Source: Phallusia mammillata
Lineage: Eukaryota
Length of the DNA stretch: 64,000 bases
NCBI GenBank assembly: GCA_965637545.1
Contig: OZ281494.1
Coordinates: forward strand, 7,812,001-7,876,000
Direction: 5' to 3'
Each line of letters opens with the position of its first letter. The first letter of the stretch is position 1. Under the pieces are notes generated by a model. That model was not told the origin of the DNA. It saw nothing but the letters and a program-made list of their open reading frames with translations, and did no database searches. The position numbers and the translations under genes were made by a program. Below, one piece after another: positions 37,778-50,600 of the stretch.

Positions 37778-38826
37778 ATTTAAACGATGTGTTTAAAGTT
37801 TAGTATTTAGGCTAATATATAGCTAGTCTTTGAAGTAACATATTTTGTTAAACTATGCCTATAAGTGGAACTGGGTGAGAATTCAGCGAAAGGCTAAAAA
37901 TGTTTCGTCTCAGTTTGCACAGTTAGGAAGCAGATTTTCGTAGTTAAGGAAATTGTTCTAATATTAGGCGTTTCTTATTACAGCATAGAATAATGACTGT
38001 ACCCGCACCCCACACTGTTCTTCTGTTGTTGTAGCCGATTTCGAAAACGCAAATACGCCTAAATTTCCATTAATTCTACTCCATTAGCTGGAACTCAGCC
38101 TAACGTTCGTTTTGAAGCACGGAAATTTACCAAGAAAAATCTAGACAGTTGAGGCAATTTGGCTGCTTATAGTCACGTAATGACCAAGTGTATTTTTTAT
38201 CGAACCTTTATTACACGTTAAGCACCGCACAGTGCCACTGGTCAAATCCTAGTAACGCAATTTACATACCAACCTAGCGTGTAAAAATTACTTCGGCTGC
38301 TCATCTTTAGAGTGACAGAGGTACATATGGACTGTTTTGTAGTTTTTGTCAAGCAAAATGGAATTATATGTATTGGATTTGTGCCTATATTCAATTTTAC
38401 CAAAGAAGGCATAACAATAACCATCATTTAGGGTTGTAGGTCGGACGCATTTGTTAAGGTCGGGTTCGGGTTTAAGTTTAAATAAACCAGGCCTCGTGCC
38501 TAGTTCAGGTTCAGGCATTGTATTTTCGAGGTCGGACTCCCAACTCAAGCCTGTTTTCATCTTTAACCTATCAATATGACTTCCTCAGTAAGCAAATTGC
38601 AATTAAATATTGGTAACGTTAACTGGGTTGATAAAAACTTTAATGGATTTATATTTCATGGTTGTACCACAAATAATTTAAGAACCAAAAGTATTGGACT
38701 GTCAAGGTCCGTGGATACGGCGGCGACACATCAGTCCCGTATATGACTTTATCGATCCCAGAGGTCATCAAAAATCACGTCATTTTTTGTGTAAACGTCA
38801 TAATGTCCGTTAACCATCGTGTAACG

Positions 38827-39157
38827 CAGGGGTTCTTAACCAGGGGTACGTGTACCCCTTGGGGGTACGAAGCATCAAAGCAGGGGGTACGACATGCATG
38901 GTGAAATTATATGCTATTTAGGCGTATTTGTGAAGAATGGGTAACAAGTTCTTTTGTTACATACAGTATCCAGAACGGGTTAGTTTTGTACTACTTACAA
39001 TACTGTTTTCATGCATGCATTCAACACCCAAGTTATAAATACACTGAGTTTGATTGTTACAGTTTATTTACTCCCGTCGGCCATTTTAGACAGGGGGTAC
39101 GAGAAAATTTTATGAAAGCTCAAAGGGTACGAGCGCAAAAAAGGTTAAGAAACACTG
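38827..39157. mobile_element. hAT/Buster-like MITE inserted in a family A copy
   Basis: TIR caggggttcttaacc/ggttaagaaacactg; perfect TSD gtgtaacg. Confidence 0.9.
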
Positions 39158-42100
39158 GTGTAACGCAAACAGAAGTGGCGTGATGTGGCAATATTATGTT
39201 GGCTTTGTAATCGGTAGTCGGATAAACGATAAGTTGGTATATTGCCTTTACGTCAGAGTTGATGGCGTAATATTTTACTGCATTGGTAAAAGTGCTCATC
39301 AAACAAAAAACCTATGCTCCAAACGACCTGCTCGAAAATTGCGACAAGATGCAGTATACATGTGTTTACATCTGTAAAACACCTCCCATGACGTGCTAAA
39401 ACGCGGATAAAGAATTGCGTGAATTATACAATAGTGTTTTGTATGGAAACTGCACGGGAGTGTAATCAATGCAATGGAAATTCCCTCTGCGCATTGGAGT
39501 ATAACCAGCATTTACTTTTACAATGTCTTGTTAAAAGGACATGTCGACAAACATTAATATTATATTATTATATTTTATATACAACATTGCATGCTGCTGC
39601 AAACATATAACTTGTTTGTAAAAATGTTCAGTAAAATATGTGACATTCAAGTAAATTTGACAAAGAAATAGAAAAAAATGACGCCATAAACGCGTATAGC
39701 AACAATATTTAGGTTTGTGAAACTCGTAGCCTTTGTAAGCATGACATAGCATTTCCGCCCACGCGGCGTTGCCAATGGATGCCTTATGACGTCAAAGCGT
39801 TCAGGTGTTTGGCCAACAAATAAAAGAGTGCCGCCCTTTGACACACCCCTTTACGTCATAGCTAATGAAGTTGCAAAAAGAGGAACTTCCGCAGGTGTCA
39901 GATTTCATCGAAATAAACAGGAAATAAAGCCCAACATCCAAATGTCAAGCATAAGTTAGTTCAAAGTCTGATACCATAAAAAGATAAAGTTATGTGTAAA
40001 TAGATGCACAACTTCCACGTTGGGTTGATGTACATGATTTGTCTCAGATTAAAACAAAGGTTCAACATTTTAGTTATCGATTACTGCCGACCTGCAAAGA
40101 TGCGAGAAAATGCAGCGTATGTTGTTCACATTTGTAAAACACCCCCCATTCAATGCCTAAACACTGATAACGAAATCGAATATTATACATGACTCTTTGT
40201 GTGGGAGCCTCACTGAGGTAACATAATCGAAAGACCTGAATACAATGGAATTTCCCTCTCTGTACATATAATATTCACGTTTACGTCGTCTTGTTGAAGA
40301 GCATTGCGACAAAGTTTTAGCTTGTAACCATACATTACGTATGCAACATTGCGCACTGCTGCAAACATACAACGTGTTTGTAAAAAGATTGTTTAAAGCT
40401 TCCATAAAATATGGTAACGATGTGACATCTAAAAGTGGCCAAGCGGATTGGATAAAATAATTGAAAAAAAATGACACGGGAAACGCGTATTAACAATATT
40501 TAATCTTTCTGCAAAGTTTTGGGCTAAGAAACCGCAGCATTCCCATTTCCACCCACGCGTCGTTGCCACTGGATACCGAATGACGTCCGAGCTCTCAGGT
40601 GTTTGCTCAACCAATAAAAAAGCGACGCCCCTAGACACACCCCCTTTACGTAATCACTAATGACGTGGCGAATAGAGGAAGTTGCACAAGTGGCAACTTT
40701 CGCCGGACGAAACAAGAAACGACGCCCATAAGCAAGATCAAAGTCTCATATTGAAAAAAAAAACGTTTAAAAGTCAGGTTATGTGTATAGAGATGCACAG
40801 ATTTCTTGTGAAAAGTGCAATTAATTTCCACATCGAAACTAGGCAACAATATGCCAAATTATTTGAAAAATGATTATGCTCTTCTTACTTGTGGGACAAA
40901 GATAATAACAAACCTTTATCAATAAGTGTTGTGTACTAATAAACGTTAGGTATTGATTATAGAAAGCTTTTATCGGAGTTGCTATTAATACATCCCGATT
41001 TGACATAAACGCCGCGCATAAAGTGACGGTAAGCCTTGTCTGGGAGATAAGAGAGCGTTGTCATGGCAATGAATCAGCCACGCGTTAAGCAGCTTTGGTC
41101 TACTGAGCCCGAAGCTTCGAGCAAATCTCATTTAGGAAATCATTTATCAAACCGAGGAGTTCCGCTTTCGAAAGCTGCACCAATTTCTGGTTTGTGATGT
41201 ACCGACTACCGAAGTTTCGGTTACCAACACATTTCGGCTGAATATGCAGTTATGGCGATGTTTCGGTTTCGGCCCAAACTTGTTTGTTGTGTGAAACCAA
41301 AAGTTCAGCAACCGACCATTTAAATCGTAACATTTTTTTTATAAAAGCCCCTTTTCACAAAAAATACAAATAAAACAGTATGTTTTGGGCCCAGGGTATG
41401 TGGAGCTTATACAACATAACAGATTTTTTGGTATATCCCAAACGAGTTCACTAGCACAACTAATAACACAACGTTTAAAAGCGTAGGTTACGATTTAAAC
41501 TTTGATACAACCCACCACAGGCAAACCAACTCACACCGCGAACTTTTACTTCGCAACGACCTGCAATAAACCTATTGTGTGACAATGTATAACATTCATT
41601 CACAAATCGACATTGGAAAACGGTACAATTTCGTGAAGCAAAATCAAACTTGCTGCGCCAGTCATAAATTTCCAAACCAAGCATCGCAACAGAACGGCGG
41701 TGGCCGAAGATAACCCAAGGCGTCTGGCGCTTACCTGTGCTCTAGTGTTTGCTCCAAGTTTAGCTCTTTTTAGTGAATGTCTGCGCACCTCCAGCAAATC
41801 ACAGGGCGTAAAAACTAACACGCCACTCTGGCGTCACTGTGATGACCTCACGTAGCTTCTGGTGACGCGATATTGCATCATGCTTGCGCAATTCAGGTTG
41901 TTCCCGACTTTTCCGGTAGTCTTCAGGTTTCCTTTTTTTGCTGGACGTCGCTACTGGCATGTTTCCTTTGCAGATCTATTGCAGACCAACAGCTTTGAAA
42001 GTCTAAAGGTGTCGGAATTGTGTTTGTGCAATGCATTCGGGTTGCAAAAATAAAGGTTTGAATGTCGAAAAACTGCTGCATGTTGCACCAATTAAAATGA

Positions 42101-43471
42101 CAAATTTGCAGACATATATTACCCAAGTTATATCGACAACGTGCGACTGTACAGTGAAAGCTACAGGGCATGCCCGGGCACGAATTGGCCGCTTGTTCGA
42201 AGCCTATTTTCGTAGTGTAGAACTGTAGCTACTCAGTGCCCTGGCGTTACAATAGCTTTGTGATTGTAACTGTGTATTGAAAGAAGTTGATTTAGCACCT
42301 GTGCTACACGAAATGTGTTTAGCATTGTGTATTTTACATTTTTGTGTGTTATTTAATTTAGCGGCATATCAGACACGTCAAGGCTATTTTGTCTTTCCTT
42401 TCAAGTCTAGCGGCCTTAGATGTTACGTTTTCTGAAACCACACGCCCTAGCACTACACATGTTTCACCATTAGTTGTCCTTATCGTTTTGATCAACAAGT
42501 TTTCGCATTAGTTAATAACTGTCAATCTATGTAGGGTTTGAGCAGCTTCTTGGTTTTAGTTATGAGTCACGTGCAATCAACAGCGGATGTAATTGGTCTG
42601 ATGCCCGAGCCATTACGTGTGCGTGAAGGGAACTGTTTTGGTAAATTTCCATTACGCATTTTATGTTTGACAAAAATGCATCCAGTACTAGAATCAACAA
42701 GTTAACAGGTGACGTGTCGAAGTTCACTGTAAAATCTACCTTGAAGCGATTATCGGGTCCGTATTGGTTTTGTTGTGAAGTTCGAATTTACAGTCGTTGT
42801 TGTGTGATTTACAAGCGCGTTTATCTTTCGAAAGAAACGACAGCGTTTCAAATCACTTTAATTTAAAGGTATCTGTCTTTCATAAAGCTGCTACTGTTTT
42901 TCAGTTCGTGTATTGTGAGAATTACAGCATATTTGCACATGCTTACTTCTGCAGGTCATAGCGAAACAAAAACACAAGAACAATCTAGTTTAAGCAGGAA
43001 AAAGGCATGTGACACGCAGCTTGATCGTGTGGTAATCAACCCGCATTGTGTTACATGTATCCGGAATTGAAGGAGCGTGTGTCGCTTGGAAGTAGTTGTT
43101 GCTTGTTGTGGAAAGTTTTGGTCAATTTTTCTTTCCAAGGTAATTTGAGTGGGTCATTGGGGCAGGCCACTTGCTTACACGCAGCTGTTACCGTTATGCA
43201 GTATCAAGTCTTCGTCAGTTGTTTCTTTTGTCTCATGTACGGTGTCGGTGCTTACTTTATTTAGTTTTGTTGTGATTGTTTAATATCGGAAGATCAGTTT
43301 TGCTTTTTTCGTAACGCGGAGTGTGTTAATTTAAAGCACTGCTTTTTGTTTAAGGTAATAAACCCCACTTTTCTACATGTCATTGACCGAAGCATACTAA
43401 ATTTGGATCAACGAATGAACCCATACTTGCATTTGTTTTAATGTCAAACCTAAGTCCCAAATGTTGTTATG

Positions 43472-43738
43472 CAGGGGTGACCAAAATTTTTTTGATGGGG
43501 CCCAATTTTTATCAGGTGGTGTTTTACAATTAGAACAAAATTATAAGGGATTTAAGGAAATTGTGGAATTTTGTTTCGTTAGCACCATGTATGCTTTTTT
43601 ACCGGTAAATAAAGTTACATCTAAAGCTTTTGCCGGAAGTCGCAAGTGGCCACAATTCAAACATAATCCAAACTATGGGGGCCACATGCAACACAGTTTG
43701 AAACAATTGGCCCGCGGGCCGCAATTTGAACAGCCCTG
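43472..43738. mobile_element. Degenerate Charlie-like MITE
   Basis: caggggtgaccaaa .. tttgaacagccctg ends with internal ggcccgcgggccgca; no TSD recovered. Confidence 0.45.
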
Positions 43739-44759
43739 ACCAAGCTGATAAGAGAAATGTCCAGTTAACAGACCCTTTCAAGAAAGCGTTGCCTAACACC
43801 GGTTGTTGAATGTTTTCTTTTAGGCTATCAACATTTGTCTGGCCACATAACAAGCACCGTTTCTGGGGAGTTATCTTTCTTCAAGGGCCTAATAGGAGAT
43901 AAGCTGCTTTCGTACTTCGGCCACATCAGGAAAGGAGTGGGTATGACGTCACTCACAAGCGCGGCGAACTGCTCTTAAATGTAGCGAGCCTGGATGTTAA
44001 AGTCTTTGCTAAGCTTGGAACATCCCTGGTTTATTGCTTAATCGAGTTTAAAAGAAACAATACAAATCAATAGGTCGATTGCCGCAGCACGTAAATAAAA
44101 CAACCATAATGTCCAAAAGTTTAGTTATTGCTTTTCGGTGACGCACATTTTTTATCCTGAGAATTACCGGTAATACCGTCCGTAATTTATAGGGTTTGGT
44201 CCGTCTCAACTGGCTGAGCAACGTTCCATCTATTGCTAGACTATGACAAATTGTCATCCATAGAGCAAAGTCGTTTGCTTATTGCCCAAAACGTACTTAT
44301 ACTTGCTATTTATAAAACATACCGGTGGTGCAACGAAGTACGTGACGAACACATATGTGTACCGATGAATGCGGAAGACAAGGCAAATATGGGGGAGATA
44401 AGGATTGATTTGATAACCGTTGCTTAAACATTCGCAGCAACTTTGTTGGGGAATATGTACATGATTCTTGTGTTCTGTGTTTGTTGATCGTACAGTCAAG
44501 GGCAGTTGTACGAAACCTTGAGCAGTTTAACAGTCAAATTAAGGTACATTTGTAGTTTCACCAAACGAAAGATTACAACTTAACGATTGGAGATATGAGT
44601 GGACATCGAAAACGCAAGTGTCTGATGACAGGCACAACGAACAAGTGAGTGTCATAAACGTTTGTTTATCTTGCTGTGGATCATTCGGATAATCAAGCTA
44701 AACACTTCAAAGTCTTTATTACAACACACCGCCACAGGTCATACAGTGGACATTATCGT

Positions 44760-47560
44760 TGTGGCGACAATACATGGTCTTCATAGTAACCTACGCAAAA
44801 TGATTCTAAAAAAGAAACGTTTTGTAATCTGCTGCCTATGACAGTGTAAGGTTTCAGTAACAATACGGACTGGCATCCAAAATAGCGACATAACTTCAGG
44901 GGCGGTGCTTGTGGTATTTGAAAAATCCGCCCATGGCACAACAGAAATGTTTGACGAATTTTAGGCATTTTTCAAATAGGCAAACTTGATCAATAGTACG
45001 TCAAGCTAAATATACACGTTTTAACACTGGGTAAAAAGTAGAATCGATTGCCATTGTTAGCAAATGACGTCGAACCGTAACGGCGATTTTTGTATTCTTT
45101 GTTACCTGTTCGGTAGCGCAAATCCTTTGTCGGATCATCGACGATTTTATTTTTGGACTGGATCGTATCACTTGGTTTATTCACGTCAAAGGTTAAACAT
45201 TCACATTGTTAAGGCCAAAATAGCTCACAAATGTCGGTGGTTGCCAAAAATATATACTTGTTACGGTAGCAGATATGAGTTGACATCGATAAAACTGTGT
45301 AACAAACAAACAAGTGAAGTGTGTATTAAACGTTTCACACATCACTTTAGTTGATGTAAAGTCGTGAAGGTAGTCTAAGTCTACGCCTTTAAATGAAACT
45401 TGTTTTACAATCTTTTCATGGCAATACGGATTCAATAACAATAGGGGCAGGCATGTAAAATCTTTTGGAAAGTTCGACCACGAACCTTGTCGGTATTTCA
45501 AAAATTCTCGCATGGAACAATAGGGACAGGCATGGTGCAACAGAAATATTAGATGAATTTTGACTTAGCAGTTACATCATACGGTGTCGCTTGGGCAAAT
45601 TTGATCAACATTTCCTCAAGGTAAATACACGACCAAACGTATTAGAGCGCTTAACAACAAACTACATGGCGCAATGATTTTGAAACTTCCACAATTTTAC
45701 AATCTGCTGTTTGTGGCAGTATAGGGTTTTAGTAACAGGGACTGGCACATAACATCCTTACGTAGTTCCGACTACGAACCTTGTCGGTATTTCAAAAATC
45801 CGCGCATGGTGCAACAAAAATATTTGATTTTTTTCACATGACATTTCACAGCAATCATGTTTAATGATCAAATATAGTTCGATGAACTCGATACGGTCTC
45901 AAACAGACGCATCAATATTACCTCAAATCAAATACACATCCAGTCACATGTCGTAGAGAGTCAAATTAATAATTACATTATGTCGCAAGAATTTTGAACT
46001 ACCATAAAATGTAATGGTTTTCGCGTTAAGTGTTTGTTCATCGCTTCACACGAACTTCAAAAGCGTTGTTCTTAACTAAGTTGGCAATATTTGTGGTTCT
46101 ACGTCCCTCGTCACGTTTGGGTTGGCGCTGCTTTTGCCTTTGAAATTACTTTCGGTTTGTGTAGTGTGCTTACGGTGATAACCAAGTGTAAACAAAACAG
46201 ACGGTTCCGGAAAACTTCAATCAACTAAACAACGGCGTTCGATAAAACTTACGGATTTCAGTTTTCCTGTTTTATCCTCCTTGAACTTTATGTGATCTCA
46301 GTTTTTGAACGCAACGTTACGAGGATTAGGCATTTTCAGCTGATGTACGTTGTTTATTTTCAACGGAATATTAAAGATCAATGGCACATAAGCGGGCTTG
46401 GGGTTTTGACTGAGGATTCGCTTCGTGACCGCCAACTTGGGGTTTAAGGTTGATTTACTTTACGATTTTTTGCGACTGTAAGGAAATCAAATAAATGTGA
46501 AAAAAATATTCGACGAATTTTGAGCATTTTTTAAATATGCAAACTTGACCAATATTACCTCAAGCTAAATATACACGTTTAAACACTAGTTCAAAAATAG
46601 AATCGATTGCCATTGTAAGCAAATGTCCGCAACGGTGATCTTTTTATTTATTGCCTGTCCTTTGTCAGATTACCGCCCATTTATTTTTGAACAAGCTCTT
46701 TTTATCAATTGGTTGAATCATGGCAAAGGTATTGCTTTGTTAAACACTCATATTGTTTCGGCCAAAAATAGACCACAGATGTATATTATTGCCAAAAACA
46801 AACCCTTATACTTGCTACGGTGGTAGATATGAGTGGGCATTAAAATGACCTTTTTATCAATCACAAAGTGTGTGTAATGAACGTTTTACACCACACGTTA
46901 GTTGATACACTGTCGTATGCAACTCCCGGTTGCAAATGAAGCCTATTTTATAATCTGCCTGCTGTTTATGGCAATATATAGGATTTCGATAACATTGAGG
47001 GACAGGCAGGTACAATCTTTACGTAATTCCGACCACGAACCTTGATGGTATTTGAAAAATCCGCACATGGCGCAACAGAAATACTTGATGAATTTGAACG
47101 TGGCATTCACACCATACGGTGTCGATAGGGCAAATTCTATCAACATTACATCAAGGTAAATACACGTCTAGGCACATGTCGTAGAGCGCCTGATTAATAA
47201 TTAAATTTGTCGCATGGATTTTTATATTCTCATTAAAAATTGCAGTTTCCTCGTTGGGCAGTATTTGTTCATTGCTACATTCGCACTTCAAAAGTCTTTT
47301 TTAAACTAAGTTGGTGATATTTGTGGTTCTACTTGCCCCGTCACGTTTGGCGCTGCCTTTGAAGTTACTCTCGGCTTGTGTAATGTACTTACGGCGATAA
47401 CTAAGTGTAAACAATACGCGCGGTTCCGGCAAACTTCAATCAACTGAGCAACGCCGTTTTGTGCGGTTTAGAAAGTTTGGTAAAACTTACGGATGTCGGT
47501 TTTCTTGTTTCATCCTCTTTGAACTTTATATGATCCATTTTTGGAACGCAAGCGTTTCGT
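44760..47560 (-). pseudogene. Family C decayed tandem paralogs (3-4 partial copies), Rho-like
   Basis: 47152-47015: DVMLIEFALSTP..KFIKYFC..GSWSELRKD, spacing matching RhoA DVILMCFSIDSP..EVKHFC..GNKKDLRND; short first exon MDHIKFKEDETRKPTS|gtaagt duplicated near 47.5 and 46.3 kb. Confidence 0.5.
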
Positions 47561-47619
47561 TGCACGACTTGTACAAAACACAATAAGTAGATTTCACACA
47601 GTATAACGTTGTATTTTTA

Positions 47620-50600
47620 TTCACTGTCGAAAAGATTTCGGTATTAAACGGGATTTCGAATCTTATAGTTCCGTTTCGTTATATGTTAACCATAGAGCAG
47701 TGATGTCATTCATTAAAATACATGCCTTAACATATAAAATTGTACGTACAGGTTTTAAATTCATCGGCAAATTTGTTACGGTATGGCGTTACCCTTGCAC
47801 GACTCTCGTTTGCGGCCGTCGTGGTGACTATTTACGACCAAATCTTGGACTTGAGATTGAGACGCAGTCAATAAACATTTTTGCGCAAAGGGCGGTGGTG
47901 AAACTTCATTTTTTCAGTGAACACAGTGTTTTGAACACTCCGTAAACAGCTATACCACATGGTCCCAATCGTACTTATATGACAATTTTAAACATATTGG
48001 TTTCTTTCCGATATAATCCAAATTGCATAGAAGGCGTTGAATATAACAATCATCGTTTCGACTTCTAGGGCCCGGTGTCGAACTGAATTCAGTGGTAGAT
48101 GGGCCTGTGGTGAACCTTTTTTTTAACAATCGAAGTGGTAACTTGAGTGTCCGATTAACATTAACACGAGCTAGTCATGCTCCCATACCAGGAAACAGTT
48201 TACACCGGTGATTTTTCGAACTTGATTGCCAACGCCCCACCTAATAATCGAAATGCTAATGTCCCACATGATACATGTCGGCAATATATGCAACTTAATG
48301 TATAGAGGAACTTGCATTGTGCTAAACTTCAACAACATGGTTTTACAAGCTATCAAAAATACACCATAAACCTAAGATCCAGAAACTGTAATACACAAGC
48401 TTTGAGCAAAACCGCAAAAAAATCGAATTTTCCGCAACAGGCTGCTGCTGTCCGCCACACGTTGAAAATCGCTGATTTTAAACACAACTTACTACCACCT
48501 GCGGGTAGTAATTCAATGTTGCCAACGCACGTTTATGAGAAAATTCCTCGTAAACACAAACGCCTTTAGTTCCAGTTAAAAGAGAGGGTGGTCTCTTCCT
48601 CGTCCCTCACACACCCCTCATTGTTGCGTCAGTCATTGGACTTTCATCCCAAAGAACCAAGAGAAACTTCGAGAACAGTCTTTGCGTACCTTACGTTTGT
48701 CAGGTTTTCCGTCCTTTCACTTTAGCCAATCATAATCGGCAATGAACTCCATAGCAGTTGACCGTGCAGGTGAAGGCAATATCAGTTGTAACTTTTGCTG
48801 TAGTACAAATGAATGCTGAAAGTAAGACGTACAACAGAATATCTGGGATAGATATGCTTCTTTTGTAGTTTTCCTTCAGGAGACAAGTTATAAGTATGCC
48901 AAATTTACTAGTGTCGTCTGTGCGGTTTTCGGAAACGCATTTGCGCATGGGTATACAGGTAATGGAAAACAGCTAAATTGCGTTCAGGTCTTTTTGCGTG
49001 GTTTTTAATTGATCGCCAAACCTAATGATAAGAAAAAAGATCTTAAGCATAATGCTTGTTGCTCTGTTTTTGTTTACAGAGGCAAGGCAAGGCAAGGTAC
49101 CAGCGTAGGGCGTTTTTTGTGTGTTATTGGGTATAATGTGTTTTATGTGTATTTGTGTATTGGGTATGATGTGATTAAATGGTTTTTCAGGTGGCGTGAC
49201 AATTTTTGCCGTAAATTCTGCCTTAAAAACGATTCATTAAAAGTTGATTTCGAAGCATAGTTTGCCGACGACGGAAACTTTTTGTCAAAACGTTTCAAAA
49301 CAAAAAAATAACGTTTCACGCTACCTTATTTGCATTTCTGTATTAATAAAACCACCAGGCAAGATATGACCACAAGGAGCTGTTTGTTTCCATGTGCTTA
49401 CCTCATCACTGAACAGTAATATACAATCCAGACATTTTAAGCGGAGAAAATACCTTAGATTTATACAGTTCGACTAAGCGGCAATGAACTCGAATGGCGT
49501 TACATGTATCCGATATTGTAGTAGCGTGTGTCGCTTGGAAGTTGTTGTTGCTTGTTGTGGAAAGTTTTGGTCAATTTTCCCTTCCAAGGTAATTTGAGAG
49601 GGCCGTTGGGCTTGGTCGCTTTACTACACGTAGATGTATACAGTCCAAAGACTTTCATGTCTTTTATATCAAGAGAGAGGTAAGGGGAAAAGGTAGTTGA
49701 AGTTATCGAATATTTCGTTTCCAATAAAGCTTTGCTAACACTTCTAGGTAATTGTTTGTTCCACACTAACAACGGATGTCTGATATCTGGACGCTTAAAA
49801 AATCACCTTATGCTCATTTAAGAAGTTGTGCTTCTGGTAAAGCAAACTAGGTGATAAGCTGCTTTTATTCTAAGGGAGGACAAAAACACAACGGCTCTTT
49901 TAAATGCCTTGTCGGATTACTGCCAATTTTTCGAACTGGCTAGTATCAAATGAATCATGTCAAAGGTATTGCTTGGTTAAACACCAACACTAAAGATAAC
50001 TTTTAAATGAAATTCGTTTACAATCGCTGTTTATGGCAGTATATAAAAGGTTTTCAGTAACAGTAGGAACTGGCAATGGCATCTAAAGTCTCTCTCCGTA
50101 ATCGCGACAACAAACCTTAACGGTATTTCAACAATATAAAATTATTCGAAGAATTCTGACTCAACATTTAACGATCTTGTTTAAAGAACGATAAGACACT
50201 CCGGTAAACTCGATACGGCCTCAATCAATATTAACTCAAGGTAAATACACATCCAGTCACGTTTCAAACACCGCCTGATCAATAATTACATTATGTCGCA
50301 AGGATTTTCAAACTCCCATAAAATGTAATTTTGCGTTGAGTTGTATTTTTTTATCACCACATACGAACTTCAAAGGGGTTAATTGAGGTCATTAAAGTGT
50401 TTCTGTTAAATCATAACTGAAATCCTGTTTGTTTATCGCTACATACGAACTTCAAACCTTTTTTATCCAGCAAGTTGGATATATTAACTGTCGAAAAGGT
50501 GTTGGTATTTAACAAGGCTTTCGAATCTCGTACTTGTGTTTAGCAACATGTTTAGTGTCAGACGATGGTTTTAAATTTATGAGCCAATTTATTGGCGGTT

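Larger units (their letters stand above)
31450..41180 (+). repeat. Family A decayed tandem duplicates (copies near 31.5-32.3, 33.6-34.0, 34.3-35.1, 35.9-36.2, 38.8-39.6, 40.0-40.4, 41.0-41.2 kb)
   Basis: Shared blocks gaggtcatcaa..tgtgcaaacgtcata, cttgacgtcagag, cccttatctgt..ctcttcatccggcg, ccgctttcgaaagc; frame DLRKFCNH.IREGR.GN.S open at 32155 and 34895. Confidence 0.75.
42990..49880 (+). repeat. Family B duplicate pair (~42990-43230 plus 43780-43940 versus ~49500-49880)
   Basis: Shared tacatgtatccg..cgtgtgtcgcttggaagt.gttgttgcttgttgtggaaagttttggtcaatttt..ttccaaggtaatttgag and gataagctgcttt blocks. Confidence 0.7.

Noticed and set aside
34992-41173. Recurrent 12-bp palindrome GCTTTCGAAAGC as a binding-site array
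   Set aside because: Occurs at the homologous position of family A duplicates, so shared descent explains it
46943-47146. Caspase small subunit or nuclear receptor LBD
   Set aside because: No QACRG or F..L...DQ..LL signature; Rho-type spacing fits better
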